Shown: in pieces, positions 1 to 12,900 of the stretch
Position numbering within the stretch: position 1 is the first letter of the stretch
Layout of the letters: every line of letters begins with the position of its first letter
Assembly (NCBI GenBank): GCA_000697335.1
Contig: JNEM01009846.1
Location: forward strand, 1 to 35,888
DNA: 35,888 nt
Direction: 5' to 3'
From: Conidiobolus incongruus B7586
Lineage: Eukaryota
Notes under the pieces: generated by a model
Database searches by the model: none
What the model was told of the DNA's origin: nothing
The model's input: only the letters and a program-made list of their open reading frames with translations
Position numbers and translations under genes: made by a program

Positions 1-453
1 AATAAAAAAATTATTTTTTAAGTATTAGAAGTTTATTAAAAATATAGCAAAAAATTATTAATAATCAAAAAACTATTTATTTTATATTATATTATTATTT
101 TTATATATTATATATCAAAAGATTTTTTTATTTTTAATTGCAAAAAATTCCTATTATTTAAAATACAAAATAATATTATTTTATTTTTAAATTTAAGGTT
201 TAATTTATGATAAAAAATATCAATAAATATAATAAAAATAAAAATATAATAATAATTCTAAAATTGTTAAGTATATATATAATATTTACACACCAAATTA
301 TGAAATATTCTTAACATCAGGAAATTATTTACTTTATACATGAAATATATAATATATATAATATAATTGATAATTATGGACTTATAATTATTTAATTTAT
401 ATCAACAAAAATTTCAGGAATTTTAAATATTGTTGGTGTTTAGATTAAATATA

Positions 454-585
454 TCAATATTACTAGAAACATATTCCTTTGCTATCCAAGAGTCGATTTA
501 ACCAGTCTTCCAAAATTGGTGTTTGGGTTTGCCCTCTTTGGATCTCTAGTCTCCATGCAAAACTGGAATAAAATTGATCAAATTT
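454..585. repeat. Degenerate dispersed repeat, inverted homologue of 28458-28589; probable retroelement relic
   Basis: The reverse complement aligns without gaps to 28458-28589 at 89/132 identities (hand count). Local GC is higher than in the flanks. Confidence 0.75.
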
Positions 586-1975
586 AGACAAGTCAATTTT
601 AAGTGATATAAAAATTGTAATGGTGAATTAAACCTTGATTAAGAAGAAAAATCCATATAAAATACTAAGAATAAGAACTAATACAGTTATTATTTTGAAT
701 ATAATTAGAATAAATTATAACTTAGATCGATAACCATTATGGATTCAAATTATGAATGAATATAAAATTAGGTTATAATATTGTAAATACTATATCAGTA
801 TTTTACTCAATTAAATAGTAACCACGTATAGACATTCAATACTATGTTAACAGATCAATCAATTTTTCTTGTGATAAATAACATTACCAAAGGCAAAAAT
901 ATAATGAATAGTACTTTATAAGCTTATTTAAATTTATCAAAAGATTCATTTATAAAAATATATTAAATAATTTTATTATATCATTATTTCCTTAAATTGA
1001 TAATATTTTTATAATTCATTAATATATTTAGGTTTAAAGTGTTTAAAATTACAATTGATATAATTTTCATAATAATTAAAGATTTTTCAAATCATATAAA
1101 TATTCATATTATAATTTTTATATTATAATGTATGACAATATTAAAATTTATTAAATTTATACTAAGAAATTAATATTGGTAAATTTAATGTGAAATATTG
1201 AATTTGTTCAGTTAAATTTCGATATTAGACTGAAATTCACTATATTTTGATTGTATTGTTGCAATGATGATTACCAGCAATGCATAAAATAAATGACTGA
1301 GGCAAGAAAGTTACTATTAAGTAAGTAGTAATACTAGTCTGAAGGCTTTGTTAAGAGGATGAAAATATATTATTATCTTGAAGGAAGTTCACTGATCTTG
1401 GTTGGCTAGACTTCCGATATCAGTTCTTTTATAGTCCAATCGTCGGCTGAAAGGCAGTGCTTAGAGGTGAGATAGGACTTCTGGAGAATGGGATCTTTAG
1501 GATAGAGTGATGTACTTTCCTGGGTAATATCCTCATAAGCTAATAGATGGTGAGTCAAAGATGCTCAGGAGGATTATTATCTTGTTAACCACAATAATAA
1601 CTTTTATAAAACATATTGCTAACAAAATAATTATCCTGTATATTATAATATTTTCCATAATTAAAATTTGATATGATTTTGCGAGAATTGAAATGTTACA
1701 TCTGAAACAGTCTTTCTCAATCATCATAATTATATATTAATTCTTGGAACAAAATTTATAAACAATTGAAGTTATCATTTTTTTAATACCCCAAATAGTT
1801 TCTAATGCTATATTGAATCAGTTTATCATTTTATATTCCAATGGACATAATTTTAATATTATTCAAATTATAATAAATTTAAATTGAAAATGAATGAAAA
1901 TTAATTAATTAATAAATGTAAAAATATTTATAGATTATATATAATCTAATAAAGAATCAACTAGAGTCAAACTTA

Positions 1976-3531
1976 TTAAATTACCTTATTTAACCTGATC
2001 TTGAATCGTTGGTGAGGTTTCATCACAAAATAAAAACTCTCCTTCAATTCCAAATCTTTATCAACTAACTCTATCTTGTAACAATTCAACAAATTTACCA
2101 GTATCAATTTGATTTCGATGAGACTCAAATCTTTACCGAGGCAGCGTCGTACTCCAAAACTGAAGGAAAATAATTGCTGTTTTAGAGACTCGTCGATTCG
2201 ACTGTCAATTAACCATCGGTTGGGATTCATGAGATTAGGATCTTTCCAATATTCTGATGAGTGGTGGAGACTATAAATGGATGAACCTATCACTGAACCT
2301 TTGGGTATTGTATAATTGCTTAATACTGTATCCGATTTCACTTCTCTTAGAAGTGTACCGCAAACCACAGATTTCAATCTCAAAGCTTCTAAAATGATAG
2401 CTTCTAAGTATACCATACCTTCGCATTCTTTGGTGGATTTGACAAATTCACCAACTTTGGCATTGGAATGTATTTCTTGTTTTAAAGCATTGTAAATATT
2501 GGGATATTTGAGTATAAGATAAAGTATCCATATCAGAGTGTTGGAGGTGGTATCCATACCAGCAATCATTGTGACCATAAGTTCTTCGATGAGTTCAGTT
2601 TCGCTAAGCTCGTCAAGAGTTAACAAGTTATGTAATAAGTTGTCATTTGTATCTTTGTCTAGGTTGGACGCTCTCTGGCGAATGATTTGTTTTAGCATGG
2701 ATCTCAGTTTATATCCTGAATAATTAGGTACCAATCGCAATAATGGAATGAATAATCTATAACCCCAAAATGTGATAACACCCCTCAATTGGTCATATAT
2801 CAATTTCAATTGAACTTTAGACTGCGTTCCAATTGTTATAGATGTGATAACATTGAGTGTGGCTAAATGTATAAGATCCGTTAAATCCATTTCACTTTTA
2901 CCATCATTTAACAGCTTGTCAATTTCATTCATCAGCAACATCGCACTCTGATCAAATATTTTCTCTTCATTTAAAGTGAGAGACTCTGGTGTGAAATTTT
3001 GAGACATGCACTTTTTCTAACAAAAATGAATTATTTATAAACAATAACTAATAAATTAAATTACCCTTAATAAATGATATTCCTTCTCCCTAAAAATCCA
3101 ATGAATATCCCGGTGTAATCAATATATATAATAATTACCTGGTGGAAAAAATATTATCTACAGTATCGCAAAACAACGAGTAACCTTTAAACTTTGGGAA
3201 TTGATAATTACTATAGATTTTTTTGACGGTATCCAATTGTAAAAATAATATTAGTCCATATCCTAATTATTATTGATAATTATATCATTATAATCAATGT
3301 ATAATATTTACCAATATACACAGTATGACCAAACTCCCTATGCAATTTTAAAATATATTCGCCAGGGTCTCCTCTAAGCCTGTGGTAGACAAATTTGATA
3401 AAAGATAGGAATTGATTTTGGGGACCTGGTAAGTGTTGATATGGTATAACAAATTTGGGTTTGATATAGGTATAGTGAACCAAAATTGGTAGGATTACTA
3501 TTGGTGTTAGGTACTGTATTATTGTATTCAT
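1976..3531 (-). CDS. Cytochrome P450 monooxygenase, 4 exons, about 469 aa
   Basis: Exons 3531-3312, 3262-3139, 3089-3065 and 3016-1976 join in frame through GT-AG introns (1410 nt). N-terminal hydrophobic anchor followed by LPGP, I-helix AGMDTT, ExxR (EALR), PNRW and heme motif FSFGVRRCLG. Confidence 0.95.
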
Positions 3532-5298
3532 TTTATTTTTTTAATTGATTGATGGGATAGAGTTGAGGATGAAGTAAGGTTTTTATACTCATTTTTAGCA
3601 TTAAGCATTTATGGTGTAGGTTCGAATTTGAAACTGAGTTAAACTTAATAGTCAATTTGGGATTAATGGTTGAAATTTTGGATGATTTTTTTCATTAATT
3701 TTAACTCAGGTTATGTTGATAAATAAAAAAGCCAATAATGTGAGCAAATTAATGTAAATAATATTTATTGCATATTTAATTACTTTGGTTTGATGATGTA
3801 GTAATTTAGAGTTATTAATATATTTTATTGGTTAAGTTGTTAAATGATAAAATGTTGATAAAAATTGGTTTTATCTTAAATAATATCAAACCACATCTCT
3901 GATTATCTTGGCATTATTAATATTGTAAAAGATAATCATTAATCAATGTTTAACTCAGAGTAATCAAAGGTATTGTTAAATTGAAATGATTTTAACTTTC
4001 CAAAACCATAGCTAACATTTAACAATTATTTGGTAATCTAAATATAAAAAAATATTATAAATTCATAAAATTCAAATAAACAAATATTTTGAAATATACT
4101 GTGTTAAATGTTTTAATACATAATATTAAATTGTCTAAAAATCTACTAGTCTATTCCGAAAAAATAAATTAATTCAAGACAGGATTCGTGAATTGCAAAA
4201 TTAACTTAAATTTTAATTGAGACTGAAGGGTTACAGATGATATAAAATTTGAAAGTTTTGGATTAACAATTAGTCAATATTAATCTTATGATAGTTCAAA
4301 TAATTATTCTCAATATAGTATAAAGTTTATTGGAATGATATCTTAATTTTGATTGTTACATCAGATATCTTTTCATACAGATAATTATAGTCCGTTTTAG
4401 TTATAGTAAACAAAATTCTTCAATTTTCAGTTTATACACAATTTTAATTTGATATTTCTATTATATCAAACTATCATATTGATTTAATACAACAATTACA
4501 AAATAATGAAATTTGACACTTTATATGATATATTTTATCAAACAATTTATAAAATTATAATATGTTTTATATGTATCAAATTTAGTTACTCAAAGTACAT
4601 TATTTATGAAGTTTTTATCAAGTATTAAAATATATAGAATATATACAGTAAGATATCGGCATTTATGTATATAATTCCCCATCAAATTTTCATTTTCATG
4701 ATATTATATTTAGTTAGATCGATTTTATACTCACTGTGTATTATGGAGTAAAAATTGTATATCTCTTAAATTTTATAATGTGATTTGGATGGTTGATATT
4801 TGCAAATTTAGTCATTTTTTAATAATTTTGCAAGCTGAAAACTTTAAATATTATTCTTTTGAATATATATTATATTTTGATATTATTATTTTCCGTTAGG
4901 TTTATATTCTTAAAATTAATATTATATTTATTCAATATAACTAGTTTTAAAGGTATATCAACGAAATTTGATTTAGTTGATATTTCAATTAGATTTAAGC
5001 TTTCTTTATTCTAAAATCAAAAATTATATACTATTTATTTTAAAAAATGTATTATATATTTAGACTAATCTTTTAATATTATCACATAAGCATGTTTTAG
5101 ATTTTTAATTTAAGAATTCCAAAAATACAAAATACTACCTTTCAAATTTTAAATAAACATTATTTACAAAATAGATAATTCCAAAAAATCCCATAATTAA
5201 ACCAACCAATCAACAATTTAAACATAATTAACTCCGATGGACTTTCAAATAAATTCAGATATCCAAAAATCAAATTAATAACAAATAACCAAAAGACA

Positions 5299-6172
5299 AT
5301 GAGTCAACCTTTAAGTACATCCGACACTAACGAAATCTCGGGACGTATCGGTAACTCTGGAACCTCCAGAGTCTTCTATGATACTTTGGACGAACCTATT
5401 AGTGAAAGTTTGGTAATTAAAATATATATTACAATTATTCATTAACTAATATTGAATAGATGAGAGATTTAAAAAATATTTTTAAAAAAATAGTATTAGT
5501 ATTAAGTACTAAAAAACAGAATGATATTTTAAAAGATTGTAAAAAAATAATAGTTTTTTTTTAAATTATTTTTATGAAATTTTTATTAAAACTTTTCTTT
5601 AGGGGATTTATGGGGTCCTTTACTCTTTTGTTTAACTTTAGCTATGTAAACAATATAATATATTTGATTAAATTATAATATATTAACCTTATTTTATAGA
5701 ATTTTCAGTTTTGAACATCTCGACAAGAGTTCCCTCATTTTTTGCGTGGTTTTTGTCATTATTTGGTTAGGTTCAGGTGTGGTGACTATTAACTCCAAGC
5801 TGTTGGGTGGTAAAATGTAGGTTATATTTATGTTGAAATATATAATATGATATTAATATTTATTTAGTTCATTTTTACAAAATGTTTGCTTATTGGGTTA
5901 TTGTATCTTTCCATTGGTGATTGCAGCTATCGTGAGTTCTTTCGTTGCTACCTTTTGGGTTCGTTTACCCGTCTGTTTGGTTGCTTTTGCGTGGTCTTGT
6001 TATGGTAATCAATATATAATATCATTAATATACACTATTAAATATTAAATATTTTTGAATAGCTTCCATTGGTTTCTTAATTGATGCCTGTCTCCCTAAT
6101 CGAAGAGCTTTAGCTCTGTATCCCATCGGTTTGTTCTACTTCATCATTGGATGGATGGTATTAATGATGTAA
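5299..6172 (+). CDS. YIP4: Yip1-family Golgi membrane protein (YIP4/YIPF6-like), 6 exons
   Basis: Exons 5299-5412, 5460-5538, 5603-5645, 5700-5816, 5868-6004 and 6063-6172 splice in frame. Motifs: TLDEPISES-MRDL, DWDLWGPLLFCL, NSKLLGGKISFLQNVCLLGYCIFPL, RRALALYPIGLFY. Not in the ORF track. Confidence 0.92.
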
Positions 6173-6545
6173 TAAGCCTAATATTAATTTAATATATACA
6201 TTATCATAATAAAATTTGATATAATATTTGGTATTATCAATTTAAATTCATAAATTAATAAATGATGATATATCTAAATATAATATATTTTTAATAACTA
6301 GCTTTATGTAAAAAAGCGTTTCAATTTTTTAACAAAAATACCATATTTTTTATATTGAAATTGATTTAAATTTGATTCATAAAATTAATTTTCAATAAAA
6401 ATTTATCCCACTAGAATTTAAATTATTTGTTAAATTTTAAAATTATTAGTGACTATCAAATTAAATATAAAATTTCATTTTATTTTTAAAATAATATAAT
6501 AATTAATTACTCTGTATTTTTAGTTGAATTTAACAATAATAAAAT

Positions 6546-8450
6546 ATGTCATTAATAACGGATGTACCATATCTAATTCACCAATTAAAATTAGTCCACT
6601 TGAAAGCCGACGACAAAATCGCTTCGAGAATTTTAAACTTCGACAAAGAAAAAACCGAAAACAATGATTATATTAAAACGGGGTCGTCATTTCCTAATAT
6701 TCCGCAAGTATTGTCCCCAGAAATTATGTCGGGGGTGAGACACTACCCTCCAGGTCACGTCCCCCCTAGAAATCCCCTGAGTTTGAGATCAAGACGCAAT
6801 ATCGAGCGAAATACTTTGAAGCCAATTAGTGAGAGACCGCCTTTGAGTGCGCCAGAGAGTTTTCAGGAGTCGGTGGAACGCAATCAGAAGGAACCTAACG
6901 TTGGGACAAATACTTTGGATTGTGAAATCAAATTAGCTACCTCGAGGTATATATCTAATATAAAATTACTTACTTAAATTTATTTATTTTCATCTAGATT
7001 AAAAGTTATGGATCCCAACAAACATTTAAATTTACCACCTTCACAACCTACAGATTTATCAAGAACTTTACCTTTACCGAATGCTGTAGGCATTCCCGAA
7101 ATAAAAGTAAATAATAATTTGATCAAAGATAGCCGCAGACCGAGTGCTATGACGGTTGAAGCACCTCCAAGTAGAAGGACCCAGCAACATATTATCGATT
7201 TTTGTCCTGTGCCGTTGCCGGTTCAGGATCAGCCTAAAGTGTCGCTTTTATCCCAGTTGATTAAATCGAATCAGGCTGCAATGGATAATCCGTTTGCTGA
7301 GGAATACGCAGTATTTGTAAGTGTTTATTAATAATATCCAATATACATATTTGTAATTCATAATAATAGACTGGTAAAGGTGAATTACGAGCTATTCAAC
7401 TCGAAATTTTGCTTCCTCACAGTGACGAACCTTCAAAGCCCATGGAAGTATTCGTCAAAGGGGATGCTACTGTAGCTCAAGTCATTGGTTACATATTGTA
7501 TCAATATTATGATGAAAAGCGAGAGCCTCCTCTTGACGAGCAGCAGAGTTCAGTAGCTCACTGGAATATGCATATTGCTGAAGATGGCGAAATCGACGAA
7601 GATTTCCCCGGTATTTTAATAATACAACATTAAAGTAGTTATTCTAATTTACTTCATTTAGCTTTGGATCGATCTCGACAAATTGATCAATTTGCATTTG
7701 ATCAATTCGCATTGGTTGAAGCTTCTCCATCTCAAGGTAAACGCATTCAACCTACTAATTCCATTCACTCATCCCTTTATAGAAAAAATGAACCAACAAC
7801 TCCTAAACAAAACACAACAAACCTCAACACCTATCTTAATCACCCAGACAACGTCATTACCCATACAATCTCAATCCACTGCCAGATCCCTAGCACCATC
7901 TACAAGTACACGACGCACACAAATTCCAATCCCAGAATCACCCTCGCATCTGAAACATCGTGCACAAAACGCCGCGGCATCTTCGAGCTTCGACGATTTC
8001 TTCAGCGCACTATCACCACCTGCCAACACATTGCACTTCATCAAGATTCAGCTGATGTACAAGAAGGGTGTCGCTCACACTACGACAATCAGCGTGAATC
8101 CCACGATGAAGTTGAGTGAGATTAAGGATATGGTATGTCGAAAGTGGCGCTTACCCAGTGAGGATTATATATTAACGGACTTACAAACGCGGACAGAAAT
8201 TACGAACAGTACCACGCTGGATATGTTGCACGGGGTTACCGAGTTGAGTTTGCTAAAGAAGAGCGCAAAATTGACAGGTAATTAATTTTACAATTTATTA
8301 GAATAAGATATTAACTATGATATAGCTGATGGAGTCCCGAACTGGGCCGATGGTCTACACTTTGGCAAAATATGGAATCCAAACTTTGTCTCCAGCGTCT
8401 CTGGTGCCAAAGCACTGTTAAGGACTAAAAAGTCTAAATTAAAATTTTAA
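6546..8450 (+). CDS. SIN1: TORC2 subunit SIN1/Avo1-like protein, 6 exons, about 551 aa, no visible PH domain
   Basis: Exons 6546-6946, 6998-7316, 7370-7610, 7662-7736, 7783-8277 and 8326-8450 (1656 nt, in frame). N-terminal MSLITDVPYLIHQLKL; CRIM domain NPFAEEYAVFTGKGE...ATVAQVIGYILYQY...DGEIDEDFPALDR; RBD-like segment TTISVNPTMKLSEIKDMVCRKW. The last exon is the least certain. Confidence 0.88.
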
Positions 8451-9957
8451 AAGTGATGTTTATCATTCAATAATCTAGCAAACTTTGATTTTTAATAATT
8501 ATGAAATTTAATTGAATTTTTTTTTCAGCTGATCCAATAATTAAATGTTTATTTTTAGTTTATAAATATTAATCATATTTTATTTGGAAATTTGATAACT
8601 TTGATAGATAATATTATGCAAAATGAACTATTAAATTAATCAACTCATATTGATATATAACGATCAAAATATTAGTCAGTTATTTATTTTATATCCTCTA
8701 TATTATCAAACTATAATTTTTTTTTCAAATATAACATTCTGAATAATGAGAGTAATTGAGGACTATATTTTTTGAATTATATATCATTCTTTTATATTTA
8801 TTTTTTAATCTAATATATTAAAATTTTTTTTCTTCTCTTAATTTTTGGATAATTATAATTATTAAAATTTTTATATTATTCAATTTTTTGATTTATAAAA
8901 TATATTTAATAAATTGATTGAATCCGTTTATCAACTCTGAAAATTTAAAATTATTCTGAAAATAAAGTAGTTTTATTAAAATATTAAATATGATTCAAAC
9001 AATCAAGGATATAAATTTAGATGTTTAAATGTTTTGCATATTGAAATACTTAATTTTCATATAAAAGAAATATTTATTTAAATTTATTCAATAATCAAAT
9101 AAGTTTAATTCTTTAAGTATTCAAGTGAATTAAATCAGTACTATTATAATTTATTAAATATATATTTCAAAATTTAAAAATTATTATTTTTGTATAAATT
9201 GGAAAAAATATTAAATAGGGTTGTACATAAAATAATCTGATTTTATTAGGGTTTAAAATATTATTTATGAATAAAAATGATGATAATGAATTAATAAAAA
9301 AATCTTGATTTATTTTTCACTAAGATGAAATATATTTGAATCTTAAAAGTTATATGTAATAATATTGGCTTATTTATTGAGTTTTAATATATCTATTATG
9401 TTCTAAATCCTCAGTAATTTGAATTGGAAGAGTCAATATCACAAATATAAAACGATAAGATTGACTCTTATTTAAAATAAATCCATATTATCGAATATTT
9501 ACATGTATTGTAAAAAATTATTATATTATAGAAATAATAAGTGGTATTATCATTGAACATGGGAAATAAAACCCTCAATGAAATAATGATATATCGACAA
9601 TTTAAAGCCATTGCTTGAAAGTCATCAAAATGATGTAAAATCAATGATAATACATATTATAGTATAAATATTATTAAATAGTTATAATAATACACTAAAA
9701 CTTGCTACAATTATTTTTATGGTAGTTAATTGTTCATCAATTTATTATTTCAAATGGACGATTGAATTTGAAGAATTGCTATGAATCGAATTGAGGAGAA
9801 TTGATTGGACAGTGGTTTCAAAAAATTATCATGAAACAGTTAAAGTTTAAATCATATACTCACATTAGACTTATTAATCCTATCATCCTTTATTATTAAT
9901 TATTTATTCTTTATTCTTTATATTTGCTTAATTTGTTTTCAATTTGCATTATAAAAA

Positions 9958-12900
9958 ATGAATCGTCATCGTCATTCTGATCATTATGCTTATCCCGAAT
10001 CTGTAAGATTTTTTTATAATATATACTATTTTCAATTACTGATCAATATCTTGTTTAGAATTCTTCTGGTAAAATTTTGTTTTTAACCATTGACTTGGCA
10101 ATTTTTTCTTAAACTTTAACTAGGCTCACATCCAATGACTACCAGTTATAATACCTATGATTACAATCACCAACGTCACTACGCTTCAGTAGGGAAAACC
10201 AATGGTAAAAGACCTACATCGGCGCTCCATTACGACTCGGATGAGAGGAACGATTCTGACAACTCTCTATCCGACATAGAAACTAATGATATTGATATCA
10301 ATGATGAAATTGCTCAATATATGGTCGATTTAAAAGTACGACATAAGAAGTTAATTGACAGGATCAATAAAGTGGAAAAGGTAATTGAGAAATTATCAAT
10401 CATCATTACAGTACTAATAAATTTGAATTTAGAAAAAACAAAAAACGTTACATAGAGAATTACAAAGTCGATATTCAGAATTAGCAAGATTTAGTTATAG
10501 TACTTGTTTTCGGCAAACCAAACCAAGTATAAGTGATAATGCTGAACCCAATTATCAAAGAAATGGCTCTCACTCTAACGCGGTAAAGTCCTTGGCGGGA
10601 CTATCTGATCCTCAGTACTCTCATTCCAGCCACCTAACCTCAGTTACAGATAAACCACTGGTGACCGAACCTTTCATTACTTCGCATCGCGTTAATGCTT
10701 ATGCGTCGAATAGCCAGATGTACAATATTCAAAATTTACTATCCGAACATAATAAAGTAGAGCCCGAATTAACTTTCGATCAGGCTTGGCAGAGGACTCA
10801 TGAAACGATATCAGAGGTGAATATTATTACTATTTTAGTTTCAATTATGGTTTTAATATAGACATTTAGAAACAAGACAAATTTCAATTATTACACTCGG
10901 AAAAGAGGAAACTTGCATACAAAATTGCACTCCTATGTGCTCGCCAAGTCAAGTCACTCCAGAAGCGCAGACAGCAAATCTCACGACTTGCATATTCGAG
11001 AGCTAATCAAGCCACACGGGAAATGTTGGCTTATTGGAAAGCTAACGAAAGGGAGGAACGTGAATTGCGTAAGAAAGCTGAAAGGGATGCTCTCATCAAG
11101 GCTAAACAGGAGGAAGAAAAACGTGAAAAGATGCAACAAGCAAGAAAACTCAACTTTTTACTCACTCAAACCGAACTATTCAGTCACTTCGTCAGTAAAA
11201 AGATTCAACGTAAGTGTCTATTATCATCCACAATTTTTATTTTGATATTTAATTTGATTTTATAGCTGAATCTAAAAATATTGGTGATTCGACACCTGAT
11301 GAACCTCAAGAGTCATCTACTACAACTCCTATAGAGCATAATCCCATTCTTGCAACTGAGGAATTGGACTCTAAAGATATTAATAACGAAAAGGCTGAAG
11401 CCCTTAACTTAGGAGAAATTGACTTTGATGATGATAATGACGAAATCCTCAAACAAAAGGCATTACAAGGTGCTCATCATGCTATCCAAACACAATTGGA
11501 ACAGACTCGCCAATTTGATGAAGGCTCTAAACAGCGCAGAGCTGAAGCGCAGGCAGAACTGGTTGCAGAGGGTGCCAATGATGATGAATTTATGAATCCA
11601 TCCAGTTTGAGAACTGATTCCAACATTGAACAGCCCAAGATCTTGATGTGCCAATTGAAGAACTACCAATTGAAGGGTCTCAACTGGCTTGCTAATTTGT
11701 ACGAATTGGGTATTAATGGCATTTTAGCTGATGAAATGGGTCTTGGTAAAACTGTCCAAGCAATTTCGCTTCTTGCCTATCTTGCTGAAACTCACAATAT
11801 ATGGGGTCCCTTTATTGTGATTACACCCGCGTCTACTTTACATAACTGGTCAGATGAATTACAAAAATTTGTGCCATCTTTTAAGGTTTTACCGTATTGG
11901 GGTAGTGTCAAAGATCGTGCAATTCTTAGACAAGATTGGTCTAAAAAGAAACTTTACTCCAAAGATGCTCCCTTCCATATTTTAGTTACAAGTTATCAGA
12001 TGATCCTAACAGATGAAAAATATTTAGCTAGAATTAAATGGCAATATATGGTATTGGATGAAGCTCAAGCAATTAAGAGCTCTTCTAGTTCAAGGTGGAA
12101 AACTTTGAGGAAATTCAACTGCCGTAACAGATTACTTCTTACCGGTACTCCAATCCAAAACAATATGCAGGAACTTTGGGCACTTCTTAACTTTATTATG
12201 CCAAGTTTATTCGATTCTCACGATGAGTTCAGCGAATGGTTCTCCAAAGATATTGAAAATCATGCTGAAAATAAGGGTGTTTTGAATGAACATCAAGTCA
12301 AGAGACTTCACATGATTTTAAAACCTTTCATGTTGCGTCGTGTAAAGCGAAGTGTCCAAAACGAACTTCCCGAGAAAATCGAATTAGAAATTATGTGTGA
12401 CTTGACCAATCGTCAACAAAAACTTTACTCTGGCCTCAAAGAAAACATGTCTCTTTCGTCCCTTCTCGAAAAATCCAAATCACTTACTGATAAGGATAAT
12501 GTCGACAGTTTAATGAATTTGGTCATGCAACTACGTAAGGTTTGCAATCACCCTGAATTATTTAAGAGAGCTGAAATTGAATCGTCATTTGCTTTCTCCA
12601 AATACCAATCTGGAAATCACATTTATGATAATTACATCTCTTACGTAACTAAGAATCCAATTGAATTAAGATTGCCAAGCTTCTTTGATGACGAGCCACA
12701 GCCAACAGAGACATCAGCAAATTCTCTTCGTCATAAGTTACTATACCAAACCCTAAATATTTGGTCCAAAGACTTCATTTATCGTTCACAGTATGAGGAT
12801 GATAGTGTATTTTCAGCTCTATCATTTACTTCTCAAATTCCCCAAACACTATCTGGTGTACAAACTGGTGATGTGGAAGCGCTATATCAGTCTAATTATC

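Noticed and set aside
1264..1342. Possible C/D snoRNA (ATGATGA at 1264, CTGA at 1297 and 1339)
   Set aside because: No convincing terminal stem or C' box, and the AT-rich guide regions have no rRNA complement I can verify.
1533..1727. 64-aa Ile-rich ORF, and similar ORFs at 20761-20973 and 35301-35495
   Set aside because: The I/L/F/K/N composition simply reflects AT-rich non-coding DNA; no motifs.
3600..3635. GGTTCGAAT B-box/T-loop-like motif suggesting a tRNA
   Set aside because: The flanks cannot form a T-stem or cloverleaf.
5237..5278. Out-of-frame 13-codon uORF before YIP4
   Set aside because: The TSS is unknown and such short ORFs are common by chance.
8323..8440. Antisense frame containing ETKFGFHIL, reminiscent of a parvulin motif
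   Set aside because: A single short motif with no start or other parvulin features; it overlaps the well-spliced SIN1 last exon.
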